Assembly (NCBI GenBank): GCA_902489795.1 | Contig: CABUBU010000002.1 | Coordinates: forward strand, 13,207-77,206 | Direction of reading: 5' to 3' | DNA from: an uncultured Azospirillum sp. | GTDB taxonomy: Bacteria > Pseudomonadota > Alphaproteobacteria > RF32 > CAG-239 | DNA length: 64,000 nt | In this document: positions 1 to 9,038 of the stretch, one piece after another | How positions within the stretch are numbered: position 1 is the stretch's first letter | How the letters are laid out: every line of letters starts with the position of its first letter | Notes under the pieces: generated by a model | Seen by the model: only the letters and a program-made list of their open reading frames with translations | The model's database searches: none | Told to the model about the DNA's origin: nothing | Program-made: the position numbers and the translations under genes

Positions 1-33
1 AAAATTCCTTTTTGATAAATGCAAGGGTAATAC

Positions 34-1563
34 TCATGCGGTTTGTTCCCCCTGTTGCAAAATGATGTTGACGAAGGCTTCTTCCAGCGTGCGGGTGCCG
101 GCTTCGTTTTTCAGTTTCGCCGGGGTGCCGGTGGCAATGGTTCGGCCGCGGTAAAACAGGCTGATACGGTCGCAGAATTCGGCCTCGTCCATAAAGTGAG
201 TGGTGATCAGCACGGTGACGCCTTTGTGGGCAAGCGAAACGATATGGTTCCAAAATTCGCGCCGGGTGATGACGTCAACGCCCGAAGTCGGTTCGTCGAG
301 AAACAGCACCGGTGGGTTGTGCATGACGGCGCAGGCCAGCGACAACCGCTGTTTGTAGCCGAGCGGCAGTTCGCGGGTGTCGCTGTCGAGATAATGTGCA
401 AAGCCGAAAATTTCGGTCATTCGTTCAACCGCTTCCTTTCCCTCCCGGCCGAAAAGTCCGTAAGCGCCGGCAAAAAATTCGAGATTCTGGCGAACGCTCA
501 GGTTCGGGTAAAGCGAAAACTTCTGTGCCATGTAACCGAGATGGGCGCGCGCCGCCGAAGCGTTCCGGACGATGTCCGTTCCCATGATGCGGGCGGTGCC
601 GGACGTGGGTTTGACCAGGCCGCACATCATTTTGAAAGAAGTCGATTTGCCGGCGCCGTTGGGACCGAGCAGACCGAAAATTTCGCCTTTGCGGATATGA
701 AAGGTGTTGTTTTTTACCGCGTAAAAATCACCGTAACGTTTGACCAGATCAAGCGCTTCGACCGTATATTCGCATTTTGCCGGCGGCATCGAGAAGTTTG
801 CGGCGACCGGCGATTCCTTTTGCTCATAGCCGCCCGTCAGCTCAATTACCTTTTCTTCAAAACGGCGGCTGTCGGGCGCCAGGTCGCCGGGCCGTCCCTG
901 ATAAATGATCCGCCCTTTGTCAATAACGATCACGGTGTCAAATCCGTGGGCTTCGTCCATATAGGCGGTGGACCACAGCACCGTTGCCTTGCCGCCGGCC
1001 GCGCTTTTGACCATTTTTAAAAGTTCCCGGCGGGAAACCGGGTCGACCCCGACCGAAGGTTCGTCAAGCAGGATCAGTTCGGGGCTGCCGGCCAGCGCGC
1101 AAATCAGGCCCAGCTTCTGTTTCATGCCGCCGGAAAGTTTCCCCGCAAGCCGTTCCTGAAAGGCGCTGAGGCCGGCAAAGGCAAGCATTGCGGAAAAATC
1201 GTGGCCGATATTTTTCAAATCGGCGTAAAACTCCAGATTTTCCCGCACCGTCAGGTCTTCGTAAAGGCCGAACTTTTGCGGCATGTAACCGATTTTGGCG
1301 GAAAGCCGTGCCTTGTCCTTTATCGGATCCAGCCCGCAGACGGAAAGGCTGCCGGCGTCCGGCAGCAGCAGTCCGCCGATCAGCCGGAGAAGGGTGGTTT
1401 TGCCGGCACCGTCGGCGCCGATCAGACCGACCGTCTGCCCTTTTTCAATCGTCAGCGACAGATGGTCGACGGCAGTCGTTTTGCCGCCGGCGAAAGTCTT
1501 GACCAGATCCTTTGTTTCAATGCAGTTTTTCGCCGTCATCGCTTTTCTCCGCGTGTTCGGCAT
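34..1563 (-). CDS. ABC transporter ATP-binding protein with two fused ATPase cassettes (YbhF-like)
   Basis: 509-aa ORF with two complete ABC cassettes: Walker A GADGAGKTT and GPNGAGKST, signatures LSGGMKQK and LPLGYKQR, Walker B LLDEPSVGVD and LFLDEPTSGVD. It overlaps the end of the upstream HlyD gene. The true start could be the Met at 1539. Confidence 0.9.
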   Translation of the reverse strand: MPNTRRKAMTAKNCIETKDLVKTFAGGKTTAVDHLSLTIEKGQTVGLIGADGAGKTTLLRLIGGLLLPDAGSLSVCGLDPIKDKARLSAKIGYMPQKFGLYEDLTVRENLEFYADLKNIGHDFSAMLAFAGLSAFQERLAGKLSGGMKQKLGLICALAGSPELILLDEPSVGVDPVSRRELLKMVKSAAGGKATVLWSTAYMDEAHGFDTVIVIDKGRIIYQGRPGDLAPDSRRFEEKVIELTGGYEQKESPVAANFSMPPAKCEYTVEALDLVKRYGDFYAVKNNTFHIRKGEIFGLLGPNGAGKSTSFKMMCGLVKPTSGTARIMGTDIVRNASAARAHLGYMAQKFSLYPNLSVRQNLEFFAGAYGLFGREGKEAVERMTEIFGFAHYLDSDTRELPLGYKQRLSLACAVMHNPPVLFLDEPTSGVDVITRREFWNHIVSLAHKGVTVLITTHFMDEAEFCDRISLFYRGRTIATGTPAKLKNEAGTRTLEEAFVNIILQQGEQTA

Positions 1564-2392
1564 AAATTTTTACCGTCGTCGGCATTCCCTGTTTCAAAAA
1601 ACGGTCAGCGTCGTCAACATAGACGTTGAGACGGTAAACCAGATCGGTTCGCAGTTCTTCCGTCTGTACGGTTTTGGGGGTAAATTCCGCCACCGGGGAA
1701 ATGTAGCCGACATGTCCGCGGTAATGTTTTCTTTCACCGGTTGCCGGGTCGATGCCGTCGGTGACGATGACTGCCTTGCTGCCGTAATCTACGCGGCCGA
1801 GCTTGGGTTCCGGCAGGTAAACGCGGATCCACAAAGGTTCGGTTTTGGTTACGGTATAAACCGGCTGTCCGGCGGAAACGGTAGCGCCGGGCTCCTGAAT
1901 GCGGGAACTGACGATGCCGTCTGCCGGCGCGTATATTTTGGTGTATTCGAGCTGGTTCTTTTCATAACGTCCGGCGCTTTTGGCCGCTTCGACGGCGGCG
2001 GCCGCTTCGTCGCGGGCGTTGGCATAGGAAATGCAGCTTCGTTCGGAAGAAATTTTCTGTTTGCACAGGGGCAGGTTGGTTTCGAGCAGCGAAACCGCTT
2101 CCCTCAATTGCGCTTCGCATCTTTTGATTTCCGCCAGCGACTTTTCGTATGTCCGGCGATAGTCTTCGTCGTCGAGCGCGGCCAGCAGATCGCCTTTTTG
2201 GACCCGTTCGCCTTCTTCAAAAAACATTTCCTTTAACGTTCCCGGTACCCGGAAGCTTATGTCTACCTGGCGGATGTCAACGTTGCCGTAAAGAGTGATC
2301 ACGCCGTCATCGTCTTTTTTGCCGGCAGTCAGCAGGAAAAAGGCGGCGACCGCTGCGGCGGCAGCAATCAGAATTGTCGGAATCTTTTTCAT
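1517..2392 (-). CDS. HlyD-family periplasmic adaptor / membrane fusion protein (YbhG-like)
   Basis: 291-aa ORF with an N-terminal membrane anchor (IPTILIAAAAAVAAFFLL), a coiled-coil middle and a beta-rich C-terminus typical of HlyD adaptors. ATGA overlap with the TetR gene stop and overlap with the ABC gene indicate one operon. Confidence 0.85.
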   Translation of the reverse strand: MKKIPTILIAAAAAVAAFFLLTAGKKDDDGVITLYGNVDIRQVDISFRVPGTLKEMFFEEGERVQKGDLLAALDDEDYRRTYEKSLAEIKRCEAQLREAVSLLETNLPLCKQKISSERSCISYANARDEAAAAVEAAKSAGRYEKNQLEYTKIYAPADGIVSSRIQEPGATVSAGQPVYTVTKTEPLWIRVYLPEPKLGRVDYGSKAVIVTDGIDPATGERKHYRGHVGYISPVAEFTPKTVQTEELRTDLVYRLNVYVDDADRFLKQGMPTTVKIYAEHAEKSDDGEKLH

Positions 2393-3015
2393 TTTTGCCT
2401 CCTTGCCTGTTTCAATATGGCGTCGCAGTTTTCCTCAATGTGTTTTTTTATCTCATTCAGCAGTTCCGGCGTATACTGTTTGATTTTCATCCGCCGCAGC
2501 AGGGCTTCCTTGTGGATGCGGAACATCACCGCCTGACCGAACAGGGTATGGGTCAGGATAAGCACCTGCGGGCTGTTTTCGTCCGCGCCTGTTTCCTGTG
2601 CCGCCAGTCGGGAAATCTGCCGATGCGCCGGCTCCAGAATGTTTTGGTAAATTTTGTCGTAAACGGACGACGGACTGATGATTTCGTTGATCATCAGCCG
2701 GGCTTGCGCGTCGGAGATTTTGTCGCCGCACAAAAAGTCGAAGAAACGGCCGATGACGGTTTTGACGCTTTCCCGGGAATTGTCCGCGGCCGGTGCCCCG
2801 TTTTCCTGCGCCGGCAACAAGTTTTGTTTGACGGTGTCAATCACTTCGTCGATCACCGCCTCGTACAGTTTTTGTTTGGAACCGAAATAATAGCTGATGG
2901 CGCACAGGTTTACGCCTGCCTGCCCGGCCAGCTCGCGGGTAGAAACACCTTCCGTACCGCGGCTGGCAAACAGTCGGGCGGCGGTTTTTAACAGTTTGGC
3001 CTTGGTGTCTTTCAT
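2389..3015 (-). CDS. TetR/AcrR family transcriptional regulator
   Basis: Track ORF 2389..3165 trimmed to the Met at 3015 (AGGGA 6 nt upstream). The predicted -10 at 3165-3170 lies inside the longer ORF. N-terminal TetR HTH: KLLKTAARLFASRGTEGVSTRELAGQAGVNLCAISYYFGSKQKLY. A start at 3078 is not excluded. Confidence 0.8.
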   Translation of the reverse strand: MKDTKAKLLKTAARLFASRGTEGVSTRELAGQAGVNLCAISYYFGSKQKLYEAVIDEVIDTVKQNLLPAQENGAPAADNSRESVKTVIGRFFDFLCGDKISDAQARLMINEIISPSSVYDKIYQNILEPAHRQISRLAAQETGADENSPQVLILTHTLFGQAVMFRIHKEALLRRMKIKQYTPELLNEIKKHIEENCDAILKQARRQK

Positions 3016-3164
3016 TGTTTTTCCCTTTCCGGCAGCCGGGCGGCGGTTTTTAACGGTTTGCGCCTCGGTGCTTTTCATTGTTTTTTTTGTTTTCGTTTTG
3101 AACGACGCTTTTCCGGCGATGTCGGCACAGTGGCAGCCGGAACATTCTCCGGAATTATAAAACA

Positions 3165-3193
3165 ATCATAGCATAATCTTAAAATTAAGTCAA
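3165..3193 (-). promoter_or_regulatory. sigma70-like promoter of the tetR-hlyD-ABC operon
   Basis: Minus strand reads TTGACT (3193-3188), a 17-nt spacer, then TATGAT (3170-3165). Confidence 0.5.
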
Positions 3194-3194
3194 T

Positions 3195-3224
3195 CGTTTG
3201 AAATATTTTTAAAAACGTCAAACG
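3195..3224. promoter_or_regulatory. inverted repeat CGTTTGA-N16-TCAAACG, candidate TetR operator
   Basis: Perfect 7-bp arms at 3195-3201 and 3218-3224, immediately upstream of and abutting the predicted -35. Confidence 0.35.
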
Positions 3225-3926
3225 CTTTTGCTGATGAAAACAGGCGGAAAACAGATGATTGCCAAAGGAAAATCAGATCGTAAAAATTTTCTTCCGACTT
3301 GCGCAACTCGGCTCGGTTTTATGTCAGCTTTTGGCCGGGCAAATCCGATAATTGCGCCGATAGGCAGCATTTGTTCTTTAAAACTGGAGGAGAGGGCATG
3401 AATAAACTGTAACGGTGTGTATTTTTCCTTGAGAACGGCAGGAAGCTTTTAATAAAATAAAGGCTCAATTGATATAAATGCAGCCTTTTGAATATCTTTT
3501 TTTTATTTAATTTTTTAAAGTCGCGTTTTTCCGTCTTTTGTTTCATCCTGTATTTTGGCCGGTTTGCGCCAAATTTTCCCTTCGAAAAAATCAACGGGGC
3601 GTATAAAGCTTTACAAATGAACATGTTTTCCAAGTTTTAAGAGTGTTTGCCGATGCCGATAACCTGACAATGACGGTCGTTTTCATAAAGTTTATAAATT
3701 GCATGGGTTTCTGTCATAATAAAAAATCCATGGTTTGACAGTTTGTAAAAAGCTCTGAAAAATACATTTCTGGCAGGTGAGGAAAAATAAACTTCCACCA
3801 GCTAATGCAAGTGGTATTAACCGTTCCAAACCTTAAACGCCAGCTCCTGAGCTTCGCCAGCCTGATGGCTTGACTGAAATGTCTACATCTACCTGCTTAT
3901 GCAGGTTGTGTTATGTTCAAAGCATA

Positions 3927-3962
3927 AAAAAGGATGCGGCATTAAGCAGCATCCTTTTTTGT
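3927..3962 (-). terminator. intrinsic terminator downstream of the OMP gene (bidirectional hairpin)
   Basis: Stem AGGATGC (3933-3939) / GCATCCT (3951-3957), flanked by an A-run and a T-run, 22 nt past the stop at 3984. Confidence 0.7.
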
Positions 3963-3983
3963 ATCCGTCGGCGGGACATTGTA

Positions 3984-4547
3984 TCAGAAACGATAACCGA
4001 TTCCTGCGCGAATGGACAGATTGTCATAGTATATGATTCCTTCTTTATCATTTTTCGGGAACATATAACTGACATCCACATTGACGAACAGTCTTTTGCT
4101 GATCGCAATGTTGGTTCCGGCTTTGAGACGCCAGTGGAACAGGTCTTTTTCAAAGAGATCATGTCCGCAATGGTTACTTTCTGCCTCTTCCAACACTGTA
4201 TTTCCCCAATTGATCCAAGAACTCATGAGATATATCTCATACTTTTTCTTGAATGTGTGAGCCAGACCGAAAGACGGGCTGAAATACAGCATTTGTTTAC
4301 GCGAGAAAGAAGCCCCCGGATCAATCCAACTGCCGCCGACTTCAAATTCTGCCCTCACAAAGTAACAGTTAAGTCCGATTGCGGCACCGTAGATTGGCGC
4401 GGGTTCCAGAATGTTTCCCCCTGTGTAGACGATGGCACTTGCTTTGATTGCGTCGTCTGCCCAATAGTTCTCACTTGCGCTCTGCGCCGATACACTCATA
4501 GCTGGGAAGCACATGGCTGCAGCTATAGATAAAATTATTTTCTTCAT
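3984..4547 (-). CDS. outer-membrane beta-barrel protein (small porin/OmpW-like class)
   Basis: 187-aa ORF with signal peptide MKKIILSIAAAMCFPAMSVSAQSA, an alternating beta-strand pattern rich in aromatics and Gly, and a C-terminal ...GIGYRF terminus typical of OM barrels. Confidence 0.7.
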   Translation of the reverse strand: MKKIILSIAAAMCFPAMSVSAQSASENYWADDAIKASAIVYTGGNILEPAPIYGAAIGLNCYFVRAEFEVGGSWIDPGASFSRKQMLYFSPSFGLAHTFKKKYEIYLMSSWINWGNTVLEEAESNHCGHDLFEKDLFHWRLKAGTNIAISKRLFVNVDVSYMFPKNDKEGIIYYDNLSIRAGIGYRF

Positions 4548-4743
4548 ACAAAATAGTTAAGTTACCAGTTTTCAGTATAAAACATATTACGCAAAAGTAA
4601 ATCAAAAAATTGACAAAAAGGTTGTCGCAAACCGAAAAGGCGAGAAGTTTTAGGTATTTGGTCTGCTATTAAATGATATTAAGAGAAATAACAAATTAAA
4701 AGTGTCTTATATTTTGAAAGAATCGGCGGCGGCTTTTGTGGTA

Positions 4744-4780
4744 AAACAAAAATGTCCTTCTTTAACGGAAGGACATTTCT
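4744..4780 (-). terminator. intrinsic terminator after the small lipoprotein gene
   Basis: Stem ATGTCCTTC (4752-4760) / GAAGGACAT (4768-4776). On the minus strand it is followed by TTTTTGTTTT. Confidence 0.65.
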
Positions 4781-4798
4781 TCTCTCAAGCATATGAGC

Positions 4799-4948
4799 TT
4801 ATTTGCCGCAGGGGCTGATCAGCTCGGAAAGGGAAATGACGCCAAGCAGGTAGTCATTGGTGCAGACTCTTTGGCTGCCGATGGTTCCGCGGGTGCCGGT
4901 GCAGGCGGACAAGGCCAGCAGTACGACGACGAGAGCTAATTTTTTCAT
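4799..4948 (-). CDS. small lipoprotein (49 aa), below the ORF-track cutoff
   Basis: Own translation: MKKLALVVVLLALSACTGTRGTIGSQRVCTNDYLLGVISLSELISPCGK. Lipobox LSAC, AAGGA about 9 nt upstream of the ATG, and its own terminator downstream. Confidence 0.55.
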   Translation of the reverse strand: MKKLALVVVLLALSACTGTRGTIGSQRVCTNDYLLGVISLSELISPCGK

Positions 4949-5049
4949 ATTTGTAGTCCTTTTGTTAGTTTTTGTAAAATGTCATTTCTGACATGCTAAA
5001 TGTTATATAAGCGATATTTAAAAAGCAAACCAAAATTTCGGGCGGGGGA

Positions 5050-5658
5050 TTATTTTGCCGCTTCCGGCATCCACTCAATGATGCCGTCTGTTTTTTGCTG
5101 TCGCCGCCATCTGGCAAAATCATCGTAGTTTTCGATCCCGTCGCGAAGAACCGCCATATAATATTCTATGCCGGCAATCTTTGCGTCATCCGGCGTTTCG
5201 TATTTCAGCCGTAGGATGGTTTTTCTTTCTTCGGCGCCGGCGGCGGCATTGATCCGGTCGGCAAATTTTTCAAAGTAACCGTCCCAGCGGCAGCCCTCCG
5301 CCATATGGATCATGTCAATCTGCCAGGTGTTTCCGTCATCGCTTTGATACCATGCGTGCCATTCCAGACAGGCGTCTTCTTCGGCTGTCAGGTTGACGTA
5401 TTCCGTTTTGACGATTCGCGGATTTTCCGCCAGCCGCGCTATTGCCCGAAAGCTTTCGGCCACATTGAGTCGCGGTGTGTAAACGTGAAAATCTATGTCC
5501 CGGTGTTTCATCAGCAGGCCGGTTTTGAGCGAACCGATCAGGTTGATTTTGGCGCCGATACTTTGCCAGCAGCCAATGACGTTGCTTTGCTCAATGACAA
5601 GAAAGGCCTGTTTTCTGTTTTCGGCTGCCAGCTTCAGTATTTTTTCCGTCGTTTCCAT
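5050..5658 (-). CDS. hypothetical protein, possible nucleotidyltransferase-fold protein
   Basis: Track ORF 5050..6045 trimmed to METTEKIL... at 5658, which has GGAGGAG directly upstream. The 5' extension is antisense to the flavoprotein gene. GSLKTGLLMKHRDIDFHVY resembles a minimal Pol-beta-type NTase core, but this assignment is weak. Confidence 0.55.
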   Translation of the reverse strand: METTEKILKLAAENRKQAFLVIEQSNVIGCWQSIGAKINLIGSLKTGLLMKHRDIDFHVYTPRLNVAESFRAIARLAENPRIVKTEYVNLTAEEDACLEWHAWYQSDDGNTWQIDMIHMAEGCRWDGYFEKFADRINAAAGAEERKTILRLKYETPDDAKIAGIEYYMAVLRDGIENYDDFARWRRQQKTDGIIEWMPEAAK

Positions 5659-5775
5659 TTTCTGCTCTCCTCCTGTTGACGACGGCATTATAAACGGTTT
5701 ATCATACCGGGCAATTGAAAAATCCCGCCGGCGGAATAAATAAAAGTACGGTCGGAAAATGCAAACGGAGAAAAA

Positions 5776-6402
5776 ATGAAGGTATTGATGATAAACGGCA
5801 GCCCCAACGAACACGGCTGCACCGACACAGCTTTGAAAATCGTTTCCGGCGCGTTGGCGGAAGACGGTGTCGAAAGCGAAACCGTCTGGCTCGGCAACCG
5901 CGCCGTGCAGGACTGCATCGGATGCGCTGCCTGCCGGAAGCTGAACAACCGCTGTGTGTTTGATGACGACGTTGTCAACCGTATTTTGGAGAAAGCGGAG
6001 CAGGCCGACGGTTTCGTTTTCGGTTCGCCGACGTATTATGCGCACTCAAACGGCCGCATCCTGTCGGTTCTTGACCGGGTGTTTTATGCCGGTTCGTCCG
6101 TTTTTGCCGGCAAACCCGGTGCCGCCGTCGTTTCCGCCCGCCGGGCGGGCACTACCGCCAACCTTGATGTCATCAACAAATATTTCATGATCAGCCGTAT
6201 GCCGGTTGTCAGCAGCTGTTACTGGAACATGGTGCACGGCAACAAGCCGGAAGAAGTCTGGCAGGATAAGGAAGGCGTGCAGATCATGCGCATTTTGGGG
6301 CACGAGATGTCATGGTTGTTAAAATCGATTGAAACCGGCCGGAAGTCCGGCCTTTCCCGGCCGGAACCGGAAGAGAAAATCCGTACCAATTTTATCCGTT
6401 GA
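5776..6402 (+). CDS. flavodoxin-fold NAD(P)H-dependent FMN reductase / iron-sulfur flavoprotein family
   Basis: 208-aa ORF. MKVLMINGSPNEHGCT... is the N-terminus typical of the NADPH-dependent FMN reductase family, and a Cys cluster CIGCAACRKLNNRCV is as in Isf-type proteins. Confidence 0.8.
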   Translation: MKVLMINGSPNEHGCTDTALKIVSGALAEDGVESETVWLGNRAVQDCIGCAACRKLNNRCVFDDDVVNRILEKAEQADGFVFGSPTYYAHSNGRILSVLDRVFYAGSSVFAGKPGAAVVSARRAGTTANLDVINKYFMISRMPVVSSCYWNMVHGNKPEEVWQDKEGVQIMRILGHEMSWLLKSIETGRKSGLSRPEPEEKIRTNFIR

Positions 6403-6416
6403 ATGCCGGTGTAAGG

Positions 6417-6448
6417 AAAAGCTCCCGCAGATTTTGCGGGAGCTTTTT
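6417..6448. terminator. bidirectional intrinsic terminator between convergent genes
   Basis: 10-bp stem AGCTCCCGCA (6420-6429) / TGCGGGAGCT (6435-6444), flanked by AAAA and TTTTT. Confidence 0.8.
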
Positions 6449-6468
6449 CGTTGGCAGAATTTTTCCGG

Positions 6469-7485
6469 TTACCTGCCGAAAACGGCGTTTTTGAGGCGTT
6501 TGAGGGTGGCGCGGGCGACCGGTCGCGCTTTGGCGGCGCCTTCTTCCAGCATACCTTCCACCTCATCGTAGTGAGCCATGTAGTAGTTGTATTTTTCCCG
6601 GGCGTCTCTTATCTCGCTGACAACGGTATCAAGCAACATGTTTTTGATGTGACCGTAGCCGAGTCTGCCCTGTCGCAGGCCGTTGCCCATTTCCCGCAGT
6701 TGTTCGGGAGATGCGATGGATTTGTATATTTCATAAACCAGAATTTCGTCCGGGTTTTTGGGTTCTTCCATCGGCCGGGAGTCGGTTTTGATTGAAAAAA
6801 TGGCTTTCTTGATTGCCTTGTCGTCTTCAAACAGCGGGATGACGTTGCCGTAGGATTTGCTCATCTTGCGGCCGTCGATGCCGGGAACGACCGCCACGTT
6901 TTCGTCGATCGAATATTCCGGCAGCACCAACAATTGTTTGTTGTAATGGGCATTGATGGCGCCGGCGATGTCGCGGGCGATTTCCACGTGCTGCACCTGA
7001 TCCTTGCCGACCGGCACGATATCGGTGTCATAAGCAAGGATGTCGGCGGCCATCAGCGTGGGGTAAGTGTAAAGACCCATGTTGATGCCGTCGTCGTCGG
7101 GTTTGCCGGCTTCGCGGTTGCGGTCGACCGCGGCTTTGTAGGCGTGCGCCTTGTTCATAAAGCCTTTTGGCGTATAGGCATACAGGATGGTGGTGATTTC
7201 CGGAATTTCCGCAATGTCCGACTGACGATAGAAAACCGAACGGGAAGGGTCGAGGCCGGCAGCCAGGTAGATGCAGGCGATTTCTTTGAGTTTCTGGTTT
7301 AAGACCGCCGGGTCTTTCTCCGCGTTGATGGCATGATAATCGGCAATGAACATGTAATGTTTCCCGCCGGCGTCAAGCGCCTGATGTCCCAGCCGGATGG
7401 CCGGTTTGATGGCGCCGAGATAGTTGCCGAGATGCGGTGTTCCGGTCGGCTTCACACCGGTTAAAACTTTTTTGTCTTCAAACAT
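6469..7485 (-). CDS. trpS: tryptophan--tRNA ligase
   Basis: 338-aa ORF with class I signatures TGTPHLGNYLG (HIGH-type) and KMSKS, and TrpRS-like length and layout. Confidence 0.93.
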   Translation of the reverse strand: MFEDKKVLTGVKPTGTPHLGNYLGAIKPAIRLGHQALDAGGKHYMFIADYHAINAEKDPAVLNQKLKEIACIYLAAGLDPSRSVFYRQSDIAEIPEITTILYAYTPKGFMNKAHAYKAAVDRNREAGKPDDDGINMGLYTYPTLMAADILAYDTDIVPVGKDQVQHVEIARDIAGAINAHYNKQLLVLPEYSIDENVAVVPGIDGRKMSKSYGNVIPLFEDDKAIKKAIFSIKTDSRPMEEPKNPDEILVYEIYKSIASPEQLREMGNGLRQGRLGYGHIKNMLLDTVVSEIRDAREKYNYYMAHYDEVEGMLEEGAAKARPVARATLKRLKNAVFGR

Positions 7486-7582
7486 TTTTTGTCGGTCCTC
7501 TTAAAATTTTTATTGTATTTATTTGTAAAATTGATACTCTGTCCGCGTTTATAAATCAATTAAAAAACTAAGGACATGTGAA

Positions 7583-8860
7583 ATGCTGGATATAAAATTC
7601 ATTATCGAAAATCAGAAACTGGTGGAAGAAGGCATTGCCAAAAAAGGTTTGTCCGTCGACATTCCCGCCCTGATCGCCCTGCATTTGGACATCAACAAGC
7701 TGAAAACCTCTTCTCAGGCGTTGGCCGAAGAAAAGAACCGGCTGAGCAATTCGATCAAATCCGCTTCCGCGGAAGAACGTCCGGCAATCATCGCCAAAAG
7801 CAAAGCCCTCGGCGAAGAACTGAAGGTTGAACAGGAAAAACTGGCGGTTGAACAGAAAAAGTTTGACGATATTATGTGGCGCATGCCCAACCTGCCGAGC
7901 CCGGAAAGCCCGGTCGGTGCCGACGACAGTGAAAACGTGGTTCGCCGCCGCGTGGGCGAGCCGACAAAGTTTGACTTCACGCCCCGCGACCATGTCGAAC
8001 TGATGGAGTTAAACGGCTGGAGCGAAATGGAGCGGATCACCAAAGTCTGCGGTTCCCGCACCTATGCCATTGCCAATGAACTGGCGCGGCTGGAACTGGC
8101 GATTCATCTGCTGGTCATGGACAAGTTGGCGGAAAACGGCTTCCGGGTAATTACCGTGCCTTCGCTGTCCAAGGAAAAACCGCTTTACGGTCAGGGATAT
8201 CTGCCGTTTGCCCGTGATGAAATTTATTACATGCCCGAAGACGACCTCTATTTGTCGGGAACGGCCGAACTGATTTTGAATTCGCTCAGAGCCGACGAAA
8301 TCATTCCCGAAAACGAACTGCCGATTCTTTATGCCGGCTTTTCCCCCTGTTTCCGCCGCGAGGCCGGCGCCGCCGGCAAAGATACCCGCGGTCTGACCAG
8401 GGTTCACCAGTTTATGAAGACGGAACAGTTCGTTATCTGCAAAAATGACGTTAACGAAAGCGAAAAGTGGCATCAGAAACTGCTGCAGATTTCCGAAGAG
8501 GTTTTACAGGATCTGGAACTGCCGTATCAGGTGCTGGAAGTCTGCACCGGCGACATGGGCGCGCCCAAATACCGTCAGTATGACCTTGAGGCATGGGTGC
8601 CGAGCCAGAACTGCTATCGCGAAACCCACAGTTGTTCCAACATTACCGACTGGCAGGCTCGCCGTACCAACCTGCGTTATCGCGACAACGCCGACGGCAG
8701 AGTCAAATTCGTGCATACGCTGAACAATACCGGCATTGCCACCCCGCGGGCGCTGGTGCCGTTCCTGGAAAATCATCAGCAGGCCGACGGCTCGGTTCGC
8801 ATTCCGGAAAAACTGCAGCCTTACATGATGGGCAAAAAGTTCATCGGCGGCAAAAAATAG
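7583..8860 (+). CDS. serS: serine--tRNA ligase
   Basis: 425-aa ORF with an N-terminal coiled-coil tRNA-binding arm (MLDIKFIIEN...) and class II core motifs (FRREAGAAGKDTRGLTRVHQF; TLNNTGIATPRALV). Confidence 0.95.
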   Translation: MLDIKFIIENQKLVEEGIAKKGLSVDIPALIALHLDINKLKTSSQALAEEKNRLSNSIKSASAEERPAIIAKSKALGEELKVEQEKLAVEQKKFDDIMWRMPNLPSPESPVGADDSENVVRRRVGEPTKFDFTPRDHVELMELNGWSEMERITKVCGSRTYAIANELARLELAIHLLVMDKLAENGFRVITVPSLSKEKPLYGQGYLPFARDEIYYMPEDDLYLSGTAELILNSLRADEIIPENELPILYAGFSPCFRREAGAAGKDTRGLTRVHQFMKTEQFVICKNDVNESEKWHQKLLQISEEVLQDLELPYQVLEVCTGDMGAPKYRQYDLEAWVPSQNCYRETHSCSNITDWQARRTNLRYRDNADGRVKFVHTLNNTGIATPRALVPFLENHQQADGSVRIPEKLQPYMMGKKFIGGKK

Positions 8861-8873
8861 ACGCATAAAAGCA

Positions 8874-8904
8874 AAACCCCGGGTTTCCGGGGTTTTGTTT
8901 TGCA
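8874..8904 (+). terminator. intrinsic terminator after serS
   Basis: Stem CCCCGG (8878-8883) / CCGGGG (8888-8893), followed by TTTTGTTTTG. Confidence 0.75.
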
Positions 8905-8972
8905 ATCTTTCTCCTTCGGCCGGACCGGGAGGAGAAATTTTTCCTCAGGATACAAAAGTTCCCGATGAAAAA

Positions 8973-9000
8973 TTGACAAAAAAGCGAAGCCGTATATAAT
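8973..9000 (+). promoter_or_regulatory. strong sigma70-like promoter of the LRR-protein gene
   Basis: TTGACA (8973-8978), a 16-nt spacer, then TATAAT (8995-9000), with an A-rich tract upstream (GAAAAATTGACAAAAAAG). Confidence 0.6.
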
Positions 9001-9038
9001 TAAAAAAATGGCCAAAGACGGATTTTGCGGGGGAAAAT

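Noticed and set aside
3319-3633. 104-aa minus-strand ORF in the AT-rich spacer.
   Set aside because: Basic low-complexity translation of AT-rich DNA, with no RBS and no motif.
3637-3717. 26-codon minus-strand ORF MTETHAIYKLYENDRHCQVIGIGKHS, resembling the C-terminal strand pattern of RelE/ParE toxins.
   Set aside because: It is too short, has no partner antitoxin ORF and shows only a vague pattern match. At best it is a gene remnant.
4611-4790. Possible sRNA between a TTGACA (4611-4616, in the recurring AAAATTGACAAAAAG context also seen at 8973 and 34794) and the hairpin at 4752-4776.
   Set aside because: There is no acceptable -10 at 16-18 nt. The hairpin is better explained as the terminator of the minus-strand lipoprotein gene.
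5659-6045. 5' extension of the 331-aa track ORF (5050..6045).
   Set aside because: The extension is antisense to the well-supported flavoprotein gene starting at 5776. A strong GGAGGAG RBS precedes the internal Met at 5658.
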